Made by a program: the position numbers and the translations under genes. This document shows positions 53,049-63,489 of a stretch of 64,000 bases of DNA, piece by piece. The DNA comes from Paecilomyces variotii (lineage: Eukaryota): NCBI GenBank assembly GCA_004022145.1, contig RCNU01000006.1. The stretch is one strand, 5' to 3'. The notes beneath the pieces are model-generated. The model did not search any database. It saw only the letters and a program-made list of their open reading frames with translations, and was not told the DNA's origin. The stretch's first letter is position 1, and each line of letters opens with the position of its first letter.

Positions 53049-53921
53049 ATGGTACAGAACAAAGCCCCAGAGAAGGAACGCTGCATACCATTTTCAGCAG
53101 GCCTTCCCATCTTCGACGAGGCCACTGGCAAATACGTCCCTCGCAAACCCGCAGCGAGGCCAGTGACGAAACGAAACTGCTCCCCAGTCAAACTTCGAGA
53201 CATGACCCCTTTCCACAAGGGATATGATGCCGTTCACAAGAACAAACGGGCCAAAATGACTATTTCCGCGGAGTCTAAGAGACGAATCTCGTCCATTGAC
53301 TATGAGACCGAACCGGAATATAACAGATCTCGCTTTCTCGGACACGGAGATGGAAAGAATCCGCCTGTTTGGAATCCTTATACTGGGAAATACGAGCGAC
53401 TCTCTTTCAATGAGTTCGGAGCGTATGAGTCGCAATCGGGCAGTGCCTTGGGCGCGCGGCCTGGAAACTATGGGGTTGTTCATGGAACAACGGAACAAAA
53501 GGGCACCGTCAGACGGAAGAACGGTGGCCTGGAAGCGGATAATCCTGTCGTTCTGTTTCCTGGAGAGCCACTCGTGGTGGCGACGCGCAAAGCCCTGGAG
53601 CTAGAGAAAGAATTCCCAGGAATGCCTCTGGATAAAGCGCTTGCTCAAAAGAAGCGCAGGATTGCGTCGGAGAAGGAAAGCAAGGATCAGCCGGCCAAGA
53701 AGAGAGTCAAGGCTTCGACAACAGTGTCGGCTAATCCGTCGAAGGCGAAGGTAGACCTTGCTGCGTGGTTGCAACACAGCAAGAGGACCAGCCAGGGCCG
53801 TCACCTGCAAAAAGCAGGTATTCCATCGCGTGCTCAAACAAAGAGCACCCCCGGGCGTTCTGCTATATCTGCTTCGAAGAATACAACCACGGGTCTTCTT
53901 TCTCCTCCAGAAACTCCTTGA
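53049..53921 (+). CDS. Basic (Lys/Arg-rich) hypothetical protein, 290 aa
   Basis: Long intronless ORF from ATG in AAAATGG context; NLS-like KKRRI and PAKKRVK; ends LLSPPETP. No domain recognised. Confidence 0.65.
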   Translation: MVQNKAPEKERCIPFSAGLPIFDEATGKYVPRKPAARPVTKRNCSPVKLRDMTPFHKGYDAVHKNKRAKMTISAESKRRISSIDYETEPEYNRSRFLGHGDGKNPPVWNPYTGKYERLSFNEFGAYESQSGSALGARPGNYGVVHGTTEQKGTVRRKNGGLEADNPVVLFPGEPLVVATRKALELEKEFPGMPLDKALAQKKRRIASEKESKDQPAKKRVKASTTVSANPSKAKVDLAAWLQHSKRTSQGRHLQKAGIPSRAQTKSTPGRSAISASKNTTTGLLSPPETP

Positions 53922-54318
53922 AGCAATTATACCGGCAGGAATCGCGAGGCCACATGGGTATAGGAAGAGATAGTCCTCAGGACTGTCTCCTCTTCGAACA
54001 TTGATGTTAATCTTGTTACGGTTTGATGATGTTCGACGCAATTTCATATCGAAGCTTTGTATATACTATTATCCGATCACATCAATACATTGAAATAAAC
54101 AACGAGGACCAGCCAAGTGTAAATTTCATAGAATAGCCACGGTCTAGACGTTCGGATGCTTGCTAATCGCATTGTCTGCCAACGATAATCCATTATTCTT
54201 ATCGTATCCAGGCGGTATCAGCCACATCCCAAATTGGCTAATCTTAGTGAGACTTGAAGGCGCCTGCCGGAAAGCAAAGTTCCGACTGCTGGCAGCCTTG
54301 AAGACAGTCATACCTGGT

Positions 54319-55919
54319 TCACTTGAAGAGGCCATGCATTAACCATGGATCAAATAGAAGTTCCTCTGCGGTGGCTCGTTCTTCGGGTATCCAACACAAC
54401 ATTCGTCGGAGGAAACGCAGAAAGTCGTCCTTTTCGTCACTTTCGAGTCTTTCTTCCAGAGTTTCCAGGTTATAATCCGGAAGGGGAGTTACACCTTTCC
54501 AATTACCTGACCATATGGATTCAAAAATCGTTAGCTCTGCGAAATCGCATCCGCATTTACGTAGAAAAATTCGAGGGAGGGAGAATTGCACAAACCGGTT
54601 GTATCCCAAAACTGGAGACCCGTTTCGCTCCGAGCGAGAAACTCAGGAGGGGGACTCCCTAGAACTGCTTGCATTTCCGCAAGATGATACCCATCATCTA
54701 ATTTACCTTCGGGATCCCGAGCACTAAAAAGGTGGCGATGCTCGAACAGATCCCAGATCTCGGCCATTATCAGCTTCAGGACGGGTTTGAATACCGATTC
54801 GCTCCATGGACAATTATCTTACCAACATTCCAACATTCCAGATATCAACTTTGTAATCCCAAGTCATGTTCAAGACAACTTCCGGTGCTCGATAGATGTC
54901 TGGCATAATATCGCCCCGTTGCTGGTCTGTGCCGAGTCGAGCCTCACCTAAATCACAAAGAACAGGCGTCCCATATGAGATGGGGAGCGGCCGTGAGAGG
55001 TAAATAGTACGGTCCTCGAGGGTCTTTCGAGGCACAGGCGTTTCAAATTCTGCTTGCTCATATTTGAGAAGAATCGAGCCATCCTTGATACCTAGGAGAA
55101 TATTATTTGGTTGGAGATCTGTACCATTAGTTATAACTTCCTGTCTTTTAGCTCACCATAATATGGTGACGGTTTTTTGAATGAATTAGTACCAACCAGT
55201 GTGTATAACCCGTGCTTCCGTGTGGAGGAAGTCAAGAGCGGCAAGGATGTTCCGAATGGTAGTTCTCACCATTGCGCTACTCATGACCCTATCTGGGAGT
55301 AGCGGGGTGAGCTGGCTAAGACTGATCCCGAGAGGTGGATGCACAAGACAAGTGTGAACACCATGTCCGTAGGGGCTCTGGATCTGAAAGTTGTCGATCA
55401 ACGATCGTAAGCACAGCAGACCGGCGTGGTTAGACTGGATAGTCCGGAGATGTTTGTAAACCTCGATCTCGCGGGTCACAGATGTTGATGCTGTGTAAAT
55501 TTTTAATGTTATATAACGGTGGTCGCTGTCCTGTTAGTTTGAATAAATGAAGTGGAAATAGGTAGGTATCCTTACGATAAGTCGCGACATAGCCACACAG
55601 TTGCGCTGGATCCATAACCCAACTTGCCAACTACTTGATATTTATGATTGAAGATCTCCCCGATGTGGACCGGATAGAACTTTTCAGGTCTGTAAGTAGG
55701 AATTGATTCCTCTTCAACAAGTAAGGAAGGATCGATGCTATCCCACCCTGAACTAGGGTAGACCTGCGGTTCTGAAGGAGAGCAGGAATCAACTATGCCA
55801 CGCTTGCTTAGTCCTATACTTGAAATCGCGGAGACGATACGCAGATGAAATGAGGGTCGTGAGGGAAGAGGAAACGAATGACATCGTTCCCTCAAGACAT
55901 AGAAGAGTCGCCTCTCCAT
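54319..55919 (-). CDS. SRPK-like (CMGC) protein kinase, 5 exons
   Basis: YQVVGKLGYGSSATVWLCRD, LDFLHTE..IHT|DLQPNNILL, VLCDLGEAR, MPDIYRAPEV, VDIWNVG, FLRRMLCWIPEERATA. ORF pieces are joined by GT-AG introns. Confidence 0.9.
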
Positions 55920-56453
55920 TGTGCTTCCTGCAGTTGATGAGAAGCACCGGTTTCGCCTTGGCTTTCATTCGTCGGAGAAACCATCGGCCGACAATGATAA
56001 CCCCAAGCATTCTCTGGTTCTGCTACGAGGTCATCTCTACTTTATGAGGGCACGAAATACTCCTTTCTGTAATATCGTCTTTAATGAATTATCGCTAGTC
56101 TGTTCTGAACGTGGAGTGACTGAGGATCGCATCTAAGTACACAGCCTCTCGCGGTTTCACGAACAAATAAGACCCCTCTGTCCGTGACCCTTGCTTGCTG
56201 CTCCCCTTGCCCATTTTCGCTTCGGTGAGATTGGGATCTGATTTTAGGAAAGGTTAGGGGTCTAAGATTTCACAGTATGACTGGAGATCCTCATTTTGGA
56301 GGGTAGGGGCTTGCTATACGCAAGACTTTTACACCTACCCCACAGGGGGCACCACGAGAAGATATGAGGCACTTATTAAGGTCGGGCACTCAAAAACTCA
56401 CCTTGCTTGGTTTTACTTTGCTCGCGATTGATACCTCAGAGTATAGGTTAGCC

Positions 56454-58164
56454 TCACGGTCTAACCCCAGCTCGCCGCTGGCTCTGGGTCAATGGTTGAG
56501 GAGTGGGAAGGTGGCAGTTTGGTAAGTATAAATTGGAATCATAAGCAGACGTCTTAGCAGCCGTTTCTACCCACTCGTTGAACTTCTTTCCGCTGGCGAG
56601 AACCTGTTCCTCACCGACATTGAGGAGTTGAGAAGTGCCGCTTTCGAAATCAACCACATTTCCAATGTTTGATTCGCGATCGTCCCGATCTTTCGATTGG
56701 ACGTTGTGCAGTGCTGTCGAAACTGCCATTTCCACCAGGACTCTGGACATATTTCTAGAAAGGAATAGCTAAATACTGGTATGGCGACTCGGTGGTTTTT
56801 CCGTCCGATTTGGCTCAGTTTGCCTTCCTCTTTTTGTTCTGCCCAGTGCCGTCCCATTCGGTGTTTCTAATAGCCTCGCCCTTAGTGACAAGGCAAGCCT
56901 TGTCTGTCTAGAGGTATTCATCGGGGCAGTTCTTGCCCCCCAAGCTAGTATCATAAACGTGGAACTTTTGGCTATAAGAGAACTTATTGCCAGCAGTAGT
57001 CGTCGCGTTGTGTCCAGGGAACTGAGACTCTAGTCTCTGACATATTGTTCAGGAAGCATCTTCACCAGCTTCTTTATGAGTATGCGCACGGCTCTCGAAC
57101 CTTGCTAGAACCTTTTGTTTAGGAAGTAATTAGTAGCGTTTCTGATATCGGGAACAGAAACCGTATAGGTACGGTCCTAAATAGCGGGTTACCGGGTTCT
57201 CCTGTTTGGCGACAGTACCTTGTCTCTCTCTCAGGGAGTCCAGACAGAGTATATGTCATCTGAGTGCACGAAGGGTTACAGCACACAGATAACGACTTGG
57301 CCGATACATTGCAAAACCTCTGGCGTAAAGTCCAGGCTGCATTCATTCCACTCCATGATAAAGCTGGAATGCCCAAAGACTCTCTTATCTTGCTGACTAT
57401 TTCGTATGAAAAGGCGGTAGCCCATTTGCTAGTATAGCCCGAGTGACGGTAAGTATTGAGGAGAATCATAAAGAGTTCCGAAAGTTCACCTCAACATCTT
57501 GTCTGCAAAGTTGCCTATAGTGGAAGCTTTTCTTATAAGTCTGATCTGCTTTCAGAAGGTGATATTTAGTGTCATTGCGGACATTGTGGGTGACTTCCTC
57601 CGCTGATGGCCCCGCATTTTTCATGATAACTCGCACGTTCTCGGCGTTGATAAGTTCTATGTCTCCCTCATCGAGCTCCTCGCTGTCTGAACTCATGTCA
57701 GGATTCTCATATTCGTCTTCTGAGGTCCCTTTAGTGTCATTGTACTCTTCGTCTTTGCCGTCGTCATCCGACACCTTAGCACGCTGGAGAAATATTAATG
57801 CCTCGGACTTCTCTGCTATAAGATTATAAATGCTGATCCGCTTCACATATGCATTATATAATGTATTTGGCTGACTGGCACTAGCAGCAAAGTTGCAATA
57901 GATACCACGACGTATGCCATCTTCAGCCAATGGAAGGCACAAAAGGTCCTCTAGGGAATGTGTCCTTCTCGAAAAGCATTTGCACCTCGTAATTAACAGA
58001 AATATCGTTTAGGTTAATACTCATACGCTTGAAAGTCCCATGGCTTCGGTGAACTGATCGACGGGCAAAAATGAGTCTCGCTCCTCGATGGGAGTGTTGT
58101 CATCCTCTGATTCCAGAGCGCTGTCTGGTTCCATCGCGAACGCTTCTGCAGTGTCGGTTTCCAT
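56454..58164 (-). pseudogene. Degraded gene of unknown family (acidic N-terminus, Cys-containing middle)
   Basis: METDTAEAFAMEPD.. exon with GTATGA donor; adjacent ORFs 57942-57466 and 57469-57119 overlap in shifted frames; many TAG/TAA stops at 56.75-57.1 kb. Family not recognised and limits approximate. Confidence 0.5.
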
Positions 58165-58612
58165 CGTCTCGATAGTGTCGTCGCGACCGTGACAGTGACA
58201 GTGTCAGTGTCAGTGATTAAGTGGTAGGTAGTTGTTGAAGTTCAACTCATGGTGATCTTTTAGCTCTTTCTGAATGTTTGGTCGATGAATTTGACTCTAC
58301 AGAACCCAAAGAATTAGAACAGGGCAGGGGCTCAGTAGTGTTATCGCTCTGATCATCTTTATGGCGCAATACTATTATGCGTTGAGGTGTCGGAGGAAGA
58401 GAAGGGATAATATCAGTCCTCGTTGGGGTGGTCGTGTCTGATTGTATTCTGGGTGATCTAGTCCTTTAATTCCCTAGTCCATATACAATCAGTTTCAGTA
58501 ACAAAATTGGGTCGAATATAATCATACACAGCTTAAGCATAGCTTCCATAGCTGTCGAGAGATCAAAGATAGCCCAAGCGATAGTTAGTAGGATCATTTT
58601 CTGCGACGGTAA

Positions 58613-59290
58613 CTATTTCAGATAATTTTCCCACGTCACATAACCAAAGTGCTGCCCATATTCCAGGTTCATGACATACCCTGGCTCGTTCACATATCGC
58701 ATCTCTCGCCACTGGCCAGGAGTTGGGTTCTTCTTTGGCTTATCCAGCTGCATCTGCTCAGTGTCCTCTTCCGACGGGACAGCAATACCTTTGGAGGCAA
58801 GTTCGGCAGCATATTCTGCACGAACCTATGATAGTTAATACAGGTAATTATTCTATAAAAGTCTCATAAACTTACTTGCTTGCGGGTGGCCTCAAGGACA
58901 AATTCCTCGCGGCGCTTCCTCTTCCGCTGCCTCATGCTCAGCTATTATATATCAGCATATAAATTTAAACTTATTGGTTTTCTTTATCTTACCTCCCCGG
59001 TGAGCGGCCAAGGAGGCTGAGAGGGGCTGCACAGCGGCAGCGGCAACTGCTGTTGCAGCTATTCCTGCTGCTATTTATCAGAAAGATATAGTTAGCAGAT
59101 TAATCTTTAGACACAATAGGGCGTTTACTCAAAATCTAGATAATAAGGGTTGCATTTTAGATAATAAGTAGTACACACCTGCTCGCTCTTAGCGGCCCCC
59201 TTAACTCTCACCGGGTGATTCACAATAATTTTGTCTGATTTAATTATTAGAGACGAACCAGATAAAGGATGACATGTATTACTAACCCAT
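58613..59290 (-). CDS. Small 5-exon gene, paralog A (~134-138 aa; Gln-rich, KRKR, AEYAAELASKGIAVP); possibly pseudogenised
   Basis: Exons 59290-59287, 59234-59179, 59070-58993, 58941-58876, 58825-58613 join in frame, with the same intron phases as paralog B. In-frame TAG at 59059-59061 unless that AG is itself the acceptor. Confidence 0.65.
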
Positions 59291-60249
59291 TGTGCTGGTA
59301 GTTGTTGCTGTTGCTGTTCTCTAGGAACACTGGACACAGTATATGAAAAGTCCCTGAATTGGAATAGCACCGCATTATAAAAGAGCTTATCTATAAGATC
59401 ATGACGCGTATAATTCATAATATTGAAGAATTCTATATAGCTCAGCCAATTGCTGCAATCGAGCGAAACCCGGCTATTGTGCAGCTGTGCAACTGGATGA
59501 TTTTTCCTCTTTTTTTCCGAGCAGGAAATAAGGAGACGAGTAAGAATAGAGTCACTGGACAGATTTATAAGCAAGTGTCTCGGATCTCAGCCACATAGGC
59601 AAGCAGTAAGAAGGTGAACATGCGAACAGTTCCGTGGAGATGGAAGAGATAGAAAGAGGAGAAGGTATCTCCAATATCCCAAGGGCTTATATTCCCAGAG
59701 TTCGCTGCTGTATCCACCCGATACTGAGTGATCTATGCGGGGGAATGTCTACTTCACCGAGCACTTACGCGAGTGACATGTACTGTGACGGGAAATAGCG
59801 CTTTCCGGACCAGACTGAATGCCACGAAGTGGTAATAAGGGGGTGTGAATGAATACCTTCGATCTCGGCTATTCAATATACAACAGGGAATAAAGATGTG
59901 CTGGGAGAGTGGAGTGGAGAGGTCGTAACCTGAGAAAAACAGTGAAATGCGTGCTTATTGAATCGAGACTGTCTTAGCAGTCCGTTATTACTCTAATATG
60001 TAGCCATGATTTTAAGCTGAGATGCTCGATAGTTACGTTAGAATAACCGGCATATACGAAATGGACAAATACGGGTTTTTTCTTATCGAAGTCGCTATAG
60101 TTGATTCGCTGTATCTTTACGTGGTAAGGATTGTTCGAGTTGCATTATGTGATTTTTGTTCTGCCGATGGACTTTCTAAAGCTTCAAAACCAAACAAAAT
60201 GCCAGAACATAGCTATAGCTACGTTAATCGCGCCGCAAGGTGATATCTT

Positions 60250-62301
60250 AACTCCTCATGAGAGAAGATCTTCTCGCCTCCTTTCCTTCGTATCCAGTAA
60301 AACCCTCACCATGCGGGAATTTTAGACAATCGTGGATCCTTATACAAAGATTAGTTAGTTATGTTTCCAGAGCTCATGCACAACAGAGGATGGAGCCAGA
60401 TTTCCTACTGTGGGGGCATACTTACTGTCTTATGTGATCCATGGATTTCGCCATACGTCTCGCCTTGTGGACAGTTGGAGAAAGGCCTTTTGAGACAGAG
60501 CGATAGCAGACGCCGCCGTATATAGGCCGTCTGAGTCTTAATGACAGATTATATATCAGTATCAGAAGAAAACTGTTCTTAGATAGTCTGTTAAGAGATA
60601 AAACTTACAACAACAACAGCAGTAGCAGTAGCATGCATACGGTAGTACTTTGTCATAGGCAATCCATTCGAATTCGTCATTGGTAATTCAATGGACGAGT
60701 TTTGAGATAGTTGTGCGTATTGCACCCATCATTGGGAAGCCTTTCCGGCGTTCAACCGATAATCCACCGAACACGTTCATGAATGGATTCGTGTCCATCG
60801 TCGTGTTCGTAATGATGATGTTCAGGAACGTTTCTCGGCTCATAGGTTCTGAATCATAAGCGTTAAAGAATGTAAAAGCTCTCGGGTTCTTAATAGTACT
60901 TACTACCATTTCTTTACTCCAGCTTCGCACCAGTTTCTTATCACCAGCAGTTTCACAGCGCAGCATATCACCGATATAAGTAGTTCTGAACCTCGGATTT
61001 CTAGTGAGGTCCTAAAACAGAGATTGAGCTAGGAGGATTCGTTTGACGACGCTTTGCTGGAAGAAAAAAGGAAGCTAGCCAGCCAAGTCGACGACCCGAA
61101 GAAGAGTTGTAGGGATCCAGGCAGACAAACGAGGGGTTCTCCTTTTTGGTCGGCTGGCAGAAAGCCATCAAGAGATATGGAACTCCGGCGTATGTTCAAG
61201 ACGCATGCGAGCGATTGCCTGATCTCTGTATAGGTTATATCACTTAACAGGGAGACTCGAGGAGCTCAAGAAGTGCCTCTGTCGACTTCGCTGTGTAATG
61301 TTTGAAGCAACATGGGCTGTCGCTAAACAGTCATACGGTTTGGCAGTATGAAAGCGAGGAAGACTGAAGGCACGCTGTGACAAGCCCCTTCTGACAAGCA
61401 TAGTGTGTATTATAAAGCGCTGTAAGCGCCACGGATTGAGGGATTGCCCAATGGTACTCTGTGAATAGCTGAATAGAACAGACAGGCCCTCACAGGACGC
61501 TTGCAATTTGCTTGTCTGAGGTTCGATCTGGCGAACTGGACCTGGCGGACTGCACCTGGCGGACTGCACCTGGCGGACTGCACCTGGCGGACTGCACTTG
61601 GCGGACTGCACCTGGCAGACTGCACCTGGCGGACTGCACCTGGCGGATTGCACCTGGCGGACTGCACCTGGCGGATTGCACCTGGCGGATTGCACCTGGC
61701 AGACTGCACCTGGCGGACTGCACCTGGCGGACTGCACCTGGCGGACTGCACCTGGCGGACTGCACCTGGCGGACTGCACCTGGCGGACTGCACCTGGCGG
61801 ATTGCACCTGGCGGACTGCACCTGGCGGATTGCACCTGGCGGATTGCACCTGGCGGACCTGGCGGACTGCACCTGGCGGACTGCACCTGGCGGACTGCAC
61901 CTGGCGGACTGCACCTGGCGGACTGCACCTGGCGGACTGCACCTGGCGGACTGCACCTGGCGGACTGCACCTGGCGGACTGCACCTGGCGGACTGCACCT
62001 GGCGGACTGCACCTGGCGGATTGCACCTGGCGGACTGCACCTGGCGGATTGCACCTGGCGGATTGCACCTGGCGGACTGCACCTGGCGGACTGCACCTGG
62101 CGGACTGCACCTGGCGGACTGCACCTGGCGGACTGCACCTGGCGGAATGTACCTGGCGGACTTGGAGATACAGACTTGGAGATCTCCAGAGAGGCTGACT
62201 GAAAGCCAACCCACCTCAACACGAATCACTCCGATTTGCCATGTGATTCTGTGCTCCCCGTCCCCGCCCGGGCAACACGAAGACGACGACTTATACTTCA
62301 T
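60250..62301 (-). pseudogene. Stop-interrupted multi-exon reading frame of unknown family, possibly including the minisatellite exon
   Basis: One frame runs about 61225-60610 with four in-frame stops and contains ORF 60966-60688. GTAAGT donors near 60608 and 60425. Candidate intron 61336-61226 links it in frame to ORF 62301-61240. Confidence 0.45.
61527..62160. repeat. 14-bp minisatellite (CCTGGCGGACTGCA)n, about 44 copies
   Basis: One degenerate unit at 61527, 22 units from 61541, a 9-bp truncated unit at 61849-61857, 21 units from 61858, and a partial unit at 62152-62160. No spacers. Confidence 0.98.
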
Positions 62302-62595
62302 TGGCGACCTGGAGGTAGCCAGCTTGAAGCTGACGGATCCTTCACAGGGGTCTTCGGTGAGTAGCTGACTTGGAGCCAGCGAATCTCAACACGAACGCCT
62401 CCGATGCGACGTTTCCGTGTGCCTCCTCGGACATTTAGACCCGCGGACTAACACCCTCCTGACAACGACAAATGCGACTTATACATCAAGCAACGACCTG
62501 GAAGTAGCCAACTTGGAGCTGACGGATCCTCCAGGGGTCTCCGGTGAGTAGCTGACTAGGAGCCAGCGGACCTCAACGCGGACGTCTACGATACG
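62194..62595. repeat. Imperfect direct repeat, period about 170-190 bp, about 2.5 copies
   Basis: CGACTTATAC..GACCTGGARGTAGCCARCTTGRAGCTGACGGATCCT..CGGTGAGTAGCTGACT.GGAGCCAGCG..CTCAAC at 62287 and 62475; partial copy GCTGACTGAAAGCCAACCCACCTCAACACGAA at 62194. Confidence 0.85.
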
Positions 62596-62741
62596 CCAAG
62601 ATGTCGTGCCGTCCTGGGCGATTTACAATCGGTTCTATAGTAGGTAGACAGGTTTGACCCTCTCTACCACTACAGTCCCAAAAGACCCATTTAAGATGCG
62701 AAGACAACTGAGGAAGGAAAGCGGCTCAGGACAAGAGTTGC

Positions 62742-63244
62742 CTACGAGAGAGTCTTGAGTTCAGTAATGATCTCCCCGTGGAGACCTTCCTGTTCCCTCA
62801 ACTTCTGCTCGAAGTCGCCTAGTGCCTTGGTGAGACCACGCTTTATCGCCTTCAGCGTCTTCAGGCTGCCTTTGCTTTCCACTAACGCCGCACACAGCTC
62901 CTGCTTACGCAGTTGCTGTCCAGGAGTTAGGGTCCGCGCCGGCTTTTCCGGCTGCATCATGTCCGGCGGGACAAAAATGCCCTTGGACGCAAGTTCAGCG
63001 CGATACTCCGCATGACCCTTAAATAAGTAGTTAGTTACCATTTGTCAATCTATGAAAGTCTCAAAAGCTTACTCGCTTGCGGGCTTCGACCGCTTCCGCC
63101 TCCAGGCGCTTCCTCTTCTTCTCTGCTCGCGTCAACTATTATGTATTAGCATTGCATGGATATATAAATATTGATATGAACTATCTTACCTTCCCAGTGG
63201 GGGCCGCGGAAGGCTGCAGGGGCCTGACAGGCTGGGACGCCTGT

Positions 63245-63275
<31 letters not shown>

Positions 63276-63482
63276 ATTTTTAATCAAAAGTTTAAATTAG
63301 AAACAGGAACTCATAGATACCAGTAGGAAGCCAAAATAATCAGATTGTATAATGTGCATAGATCATTCCTTGTCGCCCCAAGCAGCCTTCTTGGCCCCCA
63401 CCGGGAGAGTTTTCGCGAGCTTTCCTAATCTTTGGTATTAGGATTGAATCTGTTAAAGGGATGACATGTATTACTAACCCAT
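62742..63482 (-). CDS. Small 5-exon gene, paralog B (~160 aa; polyQ, KRKR, AEYRAELASKGIFVP, coiled-coil-like C-terminus); possibly pseudogenised
   Basis: Exons 63482-63479, 63424-63369, 63273-63190, 63135-63073, 63017-62742 join in frame. Exon 2 is 56 nt as in paralog A, but its expected donor at 63368 reads GAATGA rather than GT. Confidence 0.65.
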
Positions 63483-63489
63483 ACTGTCG

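Noticed and set aside
54319-54767. Apparent frameshift in the kinase C-terminus
   Set aside because: Explained by an intron (G|GTTTGT..CTAAC..CAG|GT) that restores FWDTTGNWKG.
60610-61225. A-to-I editing rescue of the premature stops
   Set aside because: Stop-correcting editing is known mainly from Sordariomycete sexual stages; four stops plus neighbouring frameshifted relics fit decay better.
61527-62160. CRISPR array or telomeric repeat interpretation of the tandem array
   Set aside because: Units are head-to-tail with no unique spacers, there are no cas genes, the context is eukaryotic, and the unit does not resemble TTAGGG-type telomeric repeats.
61410-62368. Six overlapping 228-353 aa ORFs as separate genes
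   Set aside because: They arise automatically from a stop-free 14-bp unit; at most one frame could be real.
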